From: Alphaproteobacteria bacterium
Lineage (GTDB): Bacteria; Pseudomonadota; Alphaproteobacteria; CACIAM-22H2
Assembly (NCBI GenBank): GCA_016793045.1
Contig: JAEUKZ010000083.1
Location: forward strand, 1 to 44,961
DNA length: 44,961 bases
Direction of reading: 5' to 3'
Part shown: one piece after another, positions 1 to 9,016 of the stretch
How positions within the stretch are numbered: the first letter of the stretch is position 1
Layout of the letters: every line of letters begins with the position of its first letter
Notes under the pieces: model-generated
Told to the model about the DNA's origin: nothing
The model's database searches: none
Seen by the model: the letters and a program-made list of their open reading frames with translations, nothing else
Position numbers and translations under genes: made by a program

Positions 1-92
1 ACCTGCGCCTTTCGTCGCGCCCCGGCGTCGCGTATGGTCTTACCCCTCCAGGGGCTTCAGGCATCGGCGGTCGGTCCATCGACGGGTCAGCC

Positions 93-1043
93 ATGCAACC
101 GCTTACGATCTGCTTCGGCTGCGACGTTAACTATATTCCGCACCTCGCGGTGGCGATGCTGTCGCTGCTCGACCGCACCGCCGCCCGGCCGATGCGGTTT
201 TTCGTTTTTCAGCGCGAGTTCGACCAAGCGACGCGGAGCGCCTTCGCCGCCATGCTTGCGCCATGGCCGCACTGCCGGCTGGACTGGGTCGACGTCCATC
301 GCGCCGACCTGGCAGCCTTCAAGGCAGAAGGGCACCTGACGGTTGCGACCTATTTCCGGATCTTCATCCCCGAACTGCTGCCGGCCGAATTCGAACGCGC
401 AATCTATCTCGACAGCGACATCGTGGTGACCGGCGACATCGCCGGGTTGTGGGACGTCGACCTCCGGGGTCACCCGATCGGGGCGGTCGTCGACCCGCTG
501 CGCACGGATGCCGACCGCCACGACCGCTTCACGAAGCTCGGCCTGCCGCGCGACGCCGCGTACTTCAACGGCGGCGTGCTGGTGCTCGACCTCAAGCTAT
601 GGCGCGAGCGCAATCTCACAAGCCGGCTGGCGGAATTCGCGATCGCCAATCCGCACCGGCTTACCTGGGCTGACCAGGACGTGCTCAACGCCCTGCTCCA
701 CGACGACCACCGCGCGCTGCCGCTGGAGTGGAATCTCCAGCGCCGCATGTGCCACATGCTGCCGCGCGAACTCGGTCTGTCGATCCCGGAGTATCTGGGG
801 CTTCGACGCGCGCCGAAGATCGTGCACTTCACCGAGGCGCTGAAGCCCTGGAACTACCGCGACGGCCATCCGTTCGCACATGTCTATTTCCGCTATCTCA
901 AGCGCACGCCATTCCGCGCCACGGTCGAGCGCAACTGGCAGCTCAGCTTCGCGACCACGTTGGGCCGCTGGCTGCGCCGCTTGAAGAACTGGCTCAAGGT
1001 TCAGCCCCCCGCGCTGCGCTGGCGTGAACGCCGCGCCGGCTGA
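93..1043 (+). CDS. Glycosyltransferase family 8 protein
   Basis: 316-aa ORF with GT8 motifs D.NY, TYFR, IYLDSD (DxD), YFNGGV, DQDVLN and IVHFT...KPW. Confidence 0.9.
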   Translation: MQPLTICFGCDVNYIPHLAVAMLSLLDRTAARPMRFFVFQREFDQATRSAFAAMLAPWPHCRLDWVDVHRADLAAFKAEGHLTVATYFRIFIPELLPAEFERAIYLDSDIVVTGDIAGLWDVDLRGHPIGAVVDPLRTDADRHDRFTKLGLPRDAAYFNGGVLVLDLKLWRERNLTSRLAEFAIANPHRLTWADQDVLNALLHDDHRALPLEWNLQRRMCHMLPRELGLSIPEYLGLRRAPKIVHFTEALKPWNYRDGHPFAHVYFRYLKRTPFRATVERNWQLSFATTLGRWLRRLKNWLKVQPPALRWRERRAG

Positions 1044-1056
1044 CCGCCAGACAAGC

Positions 1057-1085
1057 AAAAAGGGCGCCCCTTGCGGGACGCCCTT
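1057..1085 (-). terminator. Intrinsic terminator of rplM-rpsI
   Basis: Minus strand reads AAGGGCGTCCC-GCAA-GGGGCGCCCTT-TTTG (GNRA-loop hairpin plus U-tract), about 28 nt after the rpsI stop. Confidence 0.8.
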
Positions 1086-1112
1086 GATGGCCTGGCGATC
1101 GAAGCGGGTCGA

Positions 1113-1622
1113 TCAGCGCTTCGAGAACTGGAAGCTGCGGCGCGCCTTGGCGCGGCCGTACTTCTTGCGCTCGACCACGCGGCTGTCGCGGGTGAGGAAG
1201 CCGCCCGACTTGAGCACCGGGCGCAGGCCCGGCTCGTAGTAGGTGAGCGCCTTGCTGATGCCGTGCCGGACCGCGCCGGCCTGGCCGGACAGGCCGCCGC
1301 CAGCGACGGTGCACCACACGTCGAACTGGTCGGCGCGATTGGCGAGCGCGAAGGGCTGGCGGATCACCATGCGCAGCACCGGGCGGGCGAAGTAGACGTG
1401 CCCGTCGCGGCCGTTGATGGTGAACTTGCCGGTGCCCGGCTTGATCCATACGCGCGCGATCGAATTCTTGCGCTTGCCCGTGGCGTAGGAGCGGCCCTGC
1501 GCGTCGCGCTGCGGCTCCGGCAGATCGCCCGCGGCTGGGCCGACGGCCTGCGCCGCGCTCGCGACCGCGAGGTCGGCGAGGCTGCGGGTCCGGGAAACGA
1601 CGGTTCCGGTCTTGTCGGCCAT
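1113..1622 (-). CDS. rpsI: 30S ribosomal protein S9
   Basis: [28 protein letters not shown]-terminal [11 protein letters not shown]. Confidence 0.99.
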   Translation of the reverse strand: MADKTGTVVSRTRSLADLAVASAAQAVGPAAGDLPEPQRDAQGRSYATGKRKNSIARVWIKPGTGKFTINGRDGHVYFARPVLRMVIRQPFALANRADQFDVWCTVAGGGLSGQAGAVRHGISKALTYYEPGLRPVLKSGGFLTRDSRVVERKKYGRAKARRSFQFSKR

Positions 1623-1626
1623 GGCT

Positions 1627-2100
1627 TCACGCGCTCCGCTTGTTCTTCGGGTTCATCGCCGCGACATCGACCGTCACGGGGTTCTGCGCCGCATGGGGAT
1701 GGACGATCCCCGCATAGACCTTGAGGTTGCGCATCTGGCGGCGCGCCAGCGGGCTGTCCTTCTTCATCATGCGCTCGACCGCACGGACGATCAGGCGCTC
1801 CGGGAACCGGCCGGTGAGCGTCTGCTGCGGCGTGCGCTCCTTGACCCCACCGGGGAACCCGGTGTGCCAGTGGAACACCTTGTCGGTCATCTTGCGCCCG
1901 GTCAGACGGACCTTCTCGGCATTGATGACGATGACGTTGTCGCCGCAATCCATGTTCGGCGTGAACGTCGGCTTGTGCTTGCCCTTGAGGCGCATGGCGA
2001 CGATCGACGCGAGGCGGCCGAGGACCACCCCTTCGGCATCGATCAGCAGCCACTTCTTGCCCTTGCGGGCAGCCTCGGGCGAGAGGGTCGTGGTCTTCAT
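1627..2100 (-). CDS. rplM: 50S ribosomal protein L13
   Basis: [37 protein letters not shown]; directly upstream of rpsI. Confidence 0.99.
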   Translation of the reverse strand: MKTTTLSPEAARKGKKWLLIDAEGVVLGRLASIVAMRLKGKHKPTFTPNMDCGDNVIVINAEKVRLTGRKMTDKVFHWHTGFPGGVKERTPQQTLTGRFPERLIVRAVERMMKKDSPLARRQMRNLKVYAGIVHPHAAQNPVTVDVAAMNPKNKRSA

Positions 2101-2155
2101 GGGTCAGCCCTTCAGATACGCGGCTTGAAGCAATCGGCCGGTTTCAAGGCGGCGG

Positions 2156-2184
2156 AGTATCTTCATCACCCCCCGTCCTGTCAA
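2156..2184 (-). promoter_or_regulatory. Sigma70-type promoter of rplM-rpsI
   Basis: Minus strand TTGACA-17 nt-GATACT, about 55 nt upstream of the rplM start. Confidence 0.75.
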
Positions 2185-2357
2185 AGAAAAACCATGCAGA
2201 ATCATCACTTAGAATTGCGGTAATATAATACATCACTCCACTAGCTGCGGTCTCCCTAGCGAATGCCCCTGGCCCTCACTTGAGCCGAGACGATTTCACG
2301 ACTGTATATCAATGTCATATCGTCTGAATTTGATCTAAACGATTAAGCATTAAGGAG

Positions 2358-2789
2358 TCACGATCCGCTGCCGCCGACCGGGGGCAGCGAATACGTCCCC
2401 GTCGCGTGGGCGACCGGCTCCCGCTCGCCATCAGAGTGGATGGCCACCTCGATGACCGCGAGGCGGCGGCCGAGCTTGAGCACGTGGCCGTCCGCGATCA
2501 GATCGGCCGGGCGCGGCTTGCGCAGGAAGTTGATGTTGAGCGTCGTCGTGACCGCCATCTGGAGCTTGCGGTCGTGGCTGAGCACGACCGCGTACATGAC
2601 TAGGTCGGCGAGCGCCATCATCGCCGGTCCGGAGATGGTCCCGCCGGGCCGGTTGATGCCCTCGTTGAAACGCAGCCGCACCCGTGCCGACCCGCGATCG
2701 AGGTGCTCGACTGCGATGTCGAGCTGCGCCACCCAGGGCAGGCCCTGGCGCACCAGGGCGAGGAAATCGGGGATGGAGATGTCGGTCAT
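2358..2789 (-). CDS. PaaI family (hotdog-fold) thioesterase
   Basis: RPGGTISGPAMMALAD, AVTTTLNINFLRKP, KLGRRLAV; start moved to MTDISI at 2789. Confidence 0.9.
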   Translation of the reverse strand: MTDISIPDFLALVRQGLPWVAQLDIAVEHLDRGSARVRLRFNEGINRPGGTISGPAMMALADLVMYAVVLSHDRKLQMAVTTTLNINFLRKPRPADLIADGHVLKLGRRLAVIEVAIHSDGEREPVAHATGTYSLPPVGGSGS

Positions 2790-2914
2790 TGGCAAACTCG
2801 TTGCAGCAAGCGCAGGCGCCGTCAACCGGTCCAACGGCGTTGGGCCTTGCGCCACGGCCCGCGCGGGCCGCATAAACCGGCAGCCCTGCCCCATCGCCGA
2901 TGGCGAGGTTCCCG

Positions 2915-3721
2915 ATGTCCTCCCAGCCTGCGCTCCGCCCCGAAGCCGACCTGCTGCTGCGCGACGACGCCGACGGCATCGCCACGCTGACCCTCAACCG
3001 GCCGCAGCAGCGCAACGCCCTGTCGAGCGGCCTTATGGCTGCGCTGCAAGCGGCGCTCGATGCGATCCGCGACGAGCGCGGCGTCAAGGTCGTGGTGATC
3101 GCGGCCAATGGCCCCGCGTTCTGTTCCGGCCACGACCTCAAGGAGATGCGCGCCAATCCTGGCCGCGATGCCTATGCGGCGCTGTTCGCTCAGTGCAGCC
3201 GGCTGATGATGTCGATCGTTCGCCTGCCGAAGCCGGTGATCGCGCGCATCCATGGTCCGGCCTGGGCGGCCGGCTGCCAGATGATCGCGAGTTGCGACCT
3301 CGCGATCGCGGCCAACACCGCGACCTTCGCCACGCCCGGCGTCAATATCGGGCTATTCTGCTCGACACCCATGGTGGCGCTGTCGCGCGCGGTCGGGCGC
3401 AAGGCGGCGCTGCACATGCTGCTGACCGGCGAACCCGTCGATGCGGCAACGGCACAACGCTTCGGCCTGATCAATGAGGCGGTCGCGCCGGAGCACCTCG
3501 ACGACGCGGTCGGGCGGCTTGCGCGGACCATCGCGGGCAAATCGCCGCTCACCCTCGCGATCGGCAAGGAAGCCTTCTACCGCCAGGCCGAACTCGATCT
3601 CGAAGGCGCCTACGCCTATGCGAGCGAGGTGATGACGCGCAACATGATGGCCCGCGATGCCGAGTCCGGCATCGACGCCTTCATCGCCAAACGCCCGGCG
3701 CCGCGCTGGGAAGGACGCTGA
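2915..3721 (+). CDS. Enoyl-CoA hydratase/crotonase family protein (ECHDC3-like subfamily)
   Basis: LTLNRP..RNALS, FCSGHDL, AAGCQMIASCD, FATPGVNIGLFCSTP; GAGG RBS favours ATG 2915 over 2900. Confidence 0.9.
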   Translation: MSSQPALRPEADLLLRDDADGIATLTLNRPQQRNALSSGLMAALQAALDAIRDERGVKVVVIAANGPAFCSGHDLKEMRANPGRDAYAALFAQCSRLMMSIVRLPKPVIARIHGPAWAAGCQMIASCDLAIAANTATFATPGVNIGLFCSTPMVALSRAVGRKAALHMLLTGEPVDAATAQRFGLINEAVAPEHLDDAVGRLARTIAGKSPLTLAIGKEAFYRQAELDLEGAYAYASEVMTRNMMARDAESGIDAFIAKRPAPRWEGR

Positions 3722-3723
3722 CC

Positions 3724-4272
3724 TTGCCCCGCAAGACGATCAAGCCCGCCGCGACTGCGAAGACCGGCCCCGAACGCGCGCCTGCCGTCGACCACGACGC
3801 CTACAGCGACGGCTATATCCGCGACATCCTCAGGACCGTGCGCGTGATCGCGATGGTCGGCGCCAGCCCAAACTGGAACCGGCCGAGCTATTTCGCGATG
3901 AAGTACCTGCAGCACAAGGGCTACCGGGTGATCCCGGTCAACCCCGCCGCGGCCGGCCAGACGATCCTGGGCGAGCACTGCTATGCGAGCCTTGCCGAAG
4001 TCCCGGTCGCCGTCGACATGGTCGACGTATTCCGCAACTCGGAAGCGGCCGGCCCGATCACCGACGAGGCGATCGCCAAGGGCGCCGCGGTGGTATGGAT
4101 GCAGCTCGGCGTGCGCAACGATGCGGCCGCGCGGCGCGCCGAGGCGGCGGGGCTCAAGGTCGTGATGAACCGCTGCCCCAAGATCGAGTACGGCCGGCTG
4201 AGCGGCGAGCTGTCGTGGGGCGGCATCAACTCCGGCATCATCTCGAGCAAGCGCCAGAAGGCGATGCGCTGA
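3724..4272 (+). CDS. CoA-binding protein (YccU-like)
   Basis: IAMVGAS..WNRPSY, IPVNP, VDMVDVFR, VWMQLG, NRCPKIE; TTG start. Confidence 0.9.
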   Translation: MPRKTIKPAATAKTGPERAPAVDHDAYSDGYIRDILRTVRVIAMVGASPNWNRPSYFAMKYLQHKGYRVIPVNPAAAGQTILGEHCYASLAEVPVAVDMVDVFRNSEAAGPITDEAIAKGAAVVWMQLGVRNDAAARRAEAAGLKVVMNRCPKIEYGRLSGELSWGGINSGIISSKRQKAMR

Positions 4273-4371
4273 CACGGCCGGCACCGGCGCCAAGATTGTT
4301 CCTGAGAATTTTCCGTACTGCCGTATCTTTTACGGCTATATAGACAGTTATCGATCATTTTTCTGGAGCGG

Positions 4372-4989
4372 ATGGTGTCGCTCTTCGTCACCGCACTTGC
4401 AATCGGCGTATCGATCGCCGCGCCGGTCGGACCGATCGGGCTGCTGTGCATCCAGCGCAGCCTGGCGCACGGGCTGGTGATCGGCTTCGTGTCCGGGCTC
4501 GGCGCCGCCGCCGCGGACGGCGTCTACGGTGCGATCGCGGCGTTCGGCCTCACGGCGCTGTCGAATGCACTGGTCGCCCAGGCGCTGTGGATCCAGCTCG
4601 GCGGCGGCGTGATCCTGGTGGGTCTCGGCGTCCAGGCCGCGCGCAGCCCGCCGCAGCCCCTCGCATCGGCGACCGAGACGACGCGCGGCACCTTCGCCGC
4701 CTTCGCATCGGTCTTCGTGCTCACGCTCGCCAATCCGATGACGATCCTGTCCTTCGTCGCGGTGTTCGCCGGCCTCGGCCTCGTCGCCGCGGAGACCACT
4801 GGGGCGGCGCTGGTCGTCGTCGCCGGCGTGTTCCTCGGCTCGGCCGCGTGGTGGCTGGCGCTGGCCGTCGGCGTGAGCCTGCTGCGCGCGCGCATCGGGC
4901 CGCGCGCGCTCGTCGCGATCAACCGCGCGGCCGGCGCGTTCATCGCCGGCATCGGGCTGTGGGCGATCGTCGCCGCGCTGCGCCCATGA
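4372..4989 (+). CDS. LysE family amino-acid exporter
   Basis: IAAPVGPIG, GLGAAAADGVY, LTLANPMTI; highly hydrophobic. Confidence 0.88.
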   Translation: MVSLFVTALAIGVSIAAPVGPIGLLCIQRSLAHGLVIGFVSGLGAAAADGVYGAIAAFGLTALSNALVAQALWIQLGGGVILVGLGVQAARSPPQPLASATETTRGTFAAFASVFVLTLANPMTILSFVAVFAGLGLVAAETTGAALVVVAGVFLGSAAWWLALAVGVSLLRARIGPRALVAINRAAGAFIAGIGLWAIVAALRP

Positions 4990-5050
4990 CCGGCCGCCCG
5001 GCCGCGTGATAGAACGCGGGCACGTCGGAACCCAGCCCGGAGTCGCCCTG

Positions 5051-6385
5051 ATGCCTGCCGATAGCAAGCCGCAACCGTTCGATTTCGCGACCCGCGCCGT
5101 TCATGCCGGCGCCGCACCCGATCCGACGACCGGCGCGCGATCGACGCCGATCTTTCAGACGACGGCCTATGTCTTCGACGACGCCGACCATGCGGCCTCG
5201 CTCTTCAACCTGCAGACCTTCGGCTACATCTATTCGCGGCTGACCAACCCGACCGTCGCCGTGCTCGAGGAGCGGATCGCCAATCTCGAGGGCGGGCGCG
5301 GCGCCGTCGCCGCGGCCTCGGGCCACGCCGCGCAGCTGCTCGCGTTCTTCACGCTGATGGAACCGGGCGACGAGTTCGTCGCCAGCCGCAACCTCTACGG
5401 CGGCTCGATCACGCAGTTCACCCACAGCTTCAAGAAGTTCGGCTGGACGGCGCATTTCGTCGATCCGGGCGATCCGCAGAACTTCAAGAAGGCGCTGACG
5501 CCGCGCTGCAAGGCGATCTTCCTGGAGACGCTCGCCAATCCCGGCGGCGTCGTGGTCGATCTCGAGGCGGTCGCCAAGATCGCCAAGGCCGCCGGCATCC
5601 CGCTGATCGTCGACAACACGATGGCGACGCCCTATCTGTGCCGGCCGTTCGAATGGGGGGCCGACATCGTCGTCCACTCGACGACCAAGTTCCTCGGCGG
5701 CCACGGCAATTCGATGGGCGGCGTCGTCGTCGAATCGGGCAAGTTCGACTGGCGCGCGAGCGGCAAGTTCCCGTCGATGGCCGGGCCGGACCCGGCCTAT
5801 CACGGCCTCAACTTCGCCGAGACCTTCGGCGATTTCGCCTACACGATGAAGACGCGCGCGGTCGGCCTGCGCGATCTCGGGCCGACGATGGCGCCGATGA
5901 ACGCCTTCCTCACCATCACCGGCATCGAGACGCTGCACCTGCGCATGGAGCGGCACTGCGCCAACGCGCTAAAGGTCGCGCAGTTCCTCGAAAGCCATCC
6001 GGCCGTGGCGTGGGTTTCCTATGCCGGGCTCGCGTCGAGCCCGTACAACAAGCTCGCGCGCAAGTACCTGCCCAAGGGCGCCGGCTCGGTGTTCACCTTC
6101 GGCGTCAAGGGCGGCTATGAGGCGGGCGTCAAGGTCGTCGAGACGGTCGAGCTGTTCTCGCACCTCGCCAATATCGGCGACACGCGCTCGCTGATCATCC
6201 ATCCCGCATCGACGACGCATCGCCAGCTGACCGAAGAGCAGCAGATCAGGGCGGGCGCCGGTCCCGACGTCGTCCGGCTCTCGATCGGCATCGAAAGCGC
6301 CGACGACCTCGTCCGCGACCTCGACCGTGCGCTCGCCGCCGCCGCCCCCGCGGCGAAGGCGCCCGCGAAGCGGAAGAAGGGTTGA
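5051..6385 (+). CDS. metY: O-acetylhomoserine sulfhydrylase (aminocarboxypropyltransferase)
   Basis: PIFQTT, IYSRLTNPT, VDNT, PLP lysine in HSTTKFLGGHG, HLANIGD, HPASTTH; GGAG RBS before ATG 5051. Confidence 0.92.
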   Translation: MPADSKPQPFDFATRAVHAGAAPDPTTGARSTPIFQTTAYVFDDADHAASLFNLQTFGYIYSRLTNPTVAVLEERIANLEGGRGAVAAASGHAAQLLAFFTLMEPGDEFVASRNLYGGSITQFTHSFKKFGWTAHFVDPGDPQNFKKALTPRCKAIFLETLANPGGVVVDLEAVAKIAKAAGIPLIVDNTMATPYLCRPFEWGADIVVHSTTKFLGGHGNSMGGVVVESGKFDWRASGKFPSMAGPDPAYHGLNFAETFGDFAYTMKTRAVGLRDLGPTMAPMNAFLTITGIETLHLRMERHCANALKVAQFLESHPAVAWVSYAGLASSPYNKLARKYLPKGAGSVFTFGVKGGYEAGVKVVETVELFSHLANIGDTRSLIIHPASTTHRQLTEEQQIRAGAGPDVVRLSIGIESADDLVRDLDRALAAAAPAAKAPAKRKKG

Positions 6386-6511
6386 ACGCGTTCGATTATC
6401 GCACGCCCTATTCACGTGAATGACGGCAGAAGCGCCGATCGCCGTTCTGTTTCAGCGCGTTGACGCCGATCCATTCAGTATTCACCCAGTGTCGCCTGGG
6501 ATCAGGAAACG

Positions 6512-6534
6512 AAAACGGCGCCCCTAAGGCGCCG
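6512..6534 (-). terminator. Probable intrinsic terminator of the FecR-domain gene
   Basis: Minus strand CGGCGCC-TTAGG-GGCGCCG-TTTT. Confidence 0.6.
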
Positions 6535-6614
6535 CGCGGATTCGTCCGCCGCTGGATATGGGAGCGCGCCGCCGCCGCGGCAAGCCCCGGGCGGCGGTCG
6601 CAGTCAGGCTGCGT

Positions 6615-7511
6615 TCAGAACGTCGTGCAGGGATTGCACGGGTTGCCGAACCCGCCTCCGCCTGGCGGCGGCGGCGGTGGTGGCGGCGGAGGCGGCGGCA
6701 GCGTCACGATCGCCGGCGGCGGCGGCGGCGATGTCGGCGTCTGGTCGAAGAAGCGGGTATCGACGCGCGGCACCACGGGGGTCAACCCGGTGGGCGGCAG
6801 GCCGATGCCGAGCGTCACCGGCGGGCCGCCGCCGGCCGCGGTGAAGATCTGGTTGAGCGCTTCGGCGGTCGTCGAATCGGAACCGCGGAAGTTCGCCAGC
6901 AGGTCGTTGAGCTCCTGCTCCGTCAGCTGCCGCGGCGAGCATTCATCCGGAATGCGCACGCCGTAGCCGCGCCTGGTAATGGTGATCGGCTGGCCGTTGC
7001 AGTCGGTGCGCGGCTGCACCCGCGTCGACTGGCCGTAGATGTGGACGAACAGCGCCGAGCGGTCGTCGATCACCTGCACGATCGACACGCCGCCGCGGAT
7101 GCCCGCGGTGCCGACCGGGGTCGTGATCGAGACGTCGCCGCTCTTGCTCACCCGGCCGCCGATGAAGCGCAGCGCGCCGCGCGCGGCGGTGACCGCCAGC
7201 GTTCCGGTGTCGCGGCCAGGGTCGAACACGAACCGGTCGAGCACGACGTCGGAATTGGGGCCGACCGTGATCGCCGACTGATCGACGAACATGAGATGCG
7301 CGCGACCGCCGGCGTCGGTCGTGATCCGCTCATTCTGCTGGACGTTGTAGCCGATCTGCAGGACCTGCGGCGGTGCCGCCGGACGCCGGCCGGCCGCCGC
7401 CGGGTTGACCGCGCTGACGCGCCCGATGTCGATGCTCTGGGCCCATACTGGAACCGTCGTCAGCAGTGCGAGCACGAACGCGCTGAATCCGATGCGACGA
7501 GGAATCGTCAT
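6615..7511 (-). CDS. Secreted FecR-domain protein with Pro-rich, CxxC-terminated tail
   Basis: Signal peptide ending VWA-Q; FecR-like core (ERITTDAGGRAHLMFVDQSAITVGPNS..LDRFVFD, GALRFIGG, TPVGTAGIRGG); tail PPPPP...GGGGFGNPCNPCTTF. Confidence 0.8.
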   Translation of the reverse strand: MTIPRRIGFSAFVLALLTTVPVWAQSIDIGRVSAVNPAAAGRRPAAPPQVLQIGYNVQQNERITTDAGGRAHLMFVDQSAITVGPNSDVVLDRFVFDPGRDTGTLAVTAARGALRFIGGRVSKSGDVSITTPVGTAGIRGGVSIVQVIDDRSALFVHIYGQSTRVQPRTDCNGQPITITRRGYGVRIPDECSPRQLTEQELNDLLANFRGSDSTTAEALNQIFTAAGGGPPVTLGIGLPPTGLTPVVPRVDTRFFDQTPTSPPPPPAIVTLPPPPPPPPPPPPGGGGFGNPCNPCTTF

Positions 7512-7900
7512 GGCGACCTCAATAGGTTGGGCGCACTCCGCCGGCCCCTCCAGTCCGGCGAACGGCCGCTGCTCGCTTCCCGGTCGCGGCGACGGCGGAT
7601 TCGTCTGGGCCTCTCCCCGGCGTCCAATTTCTCAGACACTCGGCGTTGCCCGGCCGATCCGCCATTCGAGCGCGCAAAACCCTCTTCAATCCGCCCGCTC
7701 GGCGCCCTTGCAGGTCACAAGAAAATCGCAAACAGATTAAATCCACCGGGTTGACATACGCAAGATGACTCAATATTTCGTCACATTATGGTGATAGTTT
7801 CTGAATCGAACCATGATCACGGAAGCGTGAGCGCGGTGGCCAATTGCCAGAACCTCGCATTCCGGTGACAGCCAAATTTTGCAGACTTCTTACCCAAGGT

Positions 7901-7917
7901 TGTCGGCAGTCTTTACA
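7901..7917. promoter_or_regulatory. PEP-CTERM box-like enhancer (TGT-N11-ACA)
   Basis: TGTCGGCAGTCTTTACA, 64 nt upstream of a -24/-12 element and about 130 nt upstream of a PEP-CTERM gene. Confidence 0.65.
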
Positions 7918-7979
7918 TTTGATGACGGCGCGGATGCATGAAGTGCCGTAACGCATTGATAAAAAACGAATACGGCTTT

Positions 7980-7996
7980 GGGCACGCTTCATGCAA
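7980..7996 (+). promoter_or_regulatory. Sigma54-type (-24/-12) promoter
   Basis: GGGCACG-CTTC-ATGCAA: GG at 7981-82, 10 nt spacer, GC at 7993-94; two mismatches to TGGCACG-N4-TTGC. Confidence 0.65.
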
Positions 7997-8048
7997 TAAC
8001 ACTGTCAGCGGGCAAGGTTTGCGCAACGCCGAAGGACGATGAACTGTC

Positions 8049-8786
8049 ATGACCTCGCACTTCACGCGGCCCCTGGGCATCGCCGCCGCAGCAGTCGCGG
8101 TTCTGTGGTCCGCGGCAGCGTCCGCCGCGCTGGTCAACAACACCACCGGCCTCACCAACCCGTGGCAGACCGTGACCTTCAGCGAGCTCACGTTCTCCGC
8201 GGGCACCGCGTTCCATGACACGCTCGCCGCCCCGTTCGATTCGACGGTCCAGCCCTATGCCGGCCTCGGATTGACGTTCCGCGGCGCGGGCTACTACCCG
8301 GCCAATTCGCTCGGCAACCCGCTGGTCAACAACTCCGACCAGATCGGCAACTTCGCGCCGATCCCGGGGACGAGCGGCACGGCGATCTTCGATCCGTTCA
8401 CGATCGGCTTCACCTCGCCGCAGACCGCCGCTGCGTTCCAGATCCAGACCCAGTTCGACGGCACCACCCACATCCAGGCGCTCCTGAACGGGGTGGTGGT
8501 GGAGGAGTTCGACGTCTCGACGAGCAACCCGTCGAATCAGTCCAACCCGAGCTATTCGCAGTATGTCGGGTTCGAGGACATCGTGTTCGACACGATCCGG
8601 ATCACGTCGGCTCCGAGCGATGCCGGGACGTGCAACGGCACGACGGTCCCCTGCTTCGGCGCCCGCCTGCTCGCCGACAACGTCCAGTCGATCGGCATAC
8701 CGGAGCCGGCGACGCTCGCCGTTCTCGGCGGCGGGCTGCTGGCATTCGGCCTCGCCAATCGCCGCCGCCGCCGCCGCGACGTCTGA
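8049..8786 (+). CDS. PEP-CTERM sorting-domain surface protein
   Basis: Signal peptide (ASA-ALV), Thr/Ser/Asn-rich body, C-terminal IPEPATLAVLGGGLLAFGLANRRRRRR (PEP motif, TM helix, basic cluster). Confidence 0.92.
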   Translation: MTSHFTRPLGIAAAAVAVLWSAAASAALVNNTTGLTNPWQTVTFSELTFSAGTAFHDTLAAPFDSTVQPYAGLGLTFRGAGYYPANSLGNPLVNNSDQIGNFAPIPGTSGTAIFDPFTIGFTSPQTAAAFQIQTQFDGTTHIQALLNGVVVEEFDVSTSNPSNQSNPSYSQYVGFEDIVFDTIRITSAPSDAGTCNGTTVPCFGARLLADNVQSIGIPEPATLAVLGGGLLAFGLANRRRRRRDV

Positions 8787-8825
8787 AGGCGACGCGCCAC
8801 CGACGCGACGGCGCGCGCCCCGACT

Positions 8826-8869
8826 GGCGCCACGGGCCCTCCCCGCCGGGTGGGCCCGTTGCCGTTTCT
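8826..8869 (+). terminator. Hairpin, probable terminator of the PEP-CTERM gene
   Basis: ACGGGCCC-T-CCC...GGG-T-GGGCCCGT stem followed by a weak TTTCT tract. Confidence 0.5.
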
Positions 8870-9016
8870 GGGCGGGGGACGGCGGATTGCGGCCCGCTGC
8901 CGGTCCCAGCCGGCCTGTTCGCAGCCCCTCCGGCGCTTGCGTGATGGTTTTTCGCGGGCGCACTTGCCAAGCGAAGGATTGAATTCTACCCTCGGATCAA
9001 CATACCGGGGGTAACG

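Noticed and set aside
2915-3721. Enoyl-CoA hydratase lacking the usual catalytic glutamates as a pseudogene
   Set aside because: GCQ and TPG substitutions are normal for the ECHDC3-like subfamily and the frame is intact
6410-6421. Perfect 12-bp palindrome ATTCACGTGAAT after metY
   Set aside because: It lies between convergent genes with no promoter or RNA-gene evidence and could be chance
6615-7511. Classical FecIRA iron-signalling anti-sigma factor
   Set aside because: It has a cleavable signal peptide rather than a cytoplasmic N-domain, and no ECF sigma or TonB receptor is adjacent
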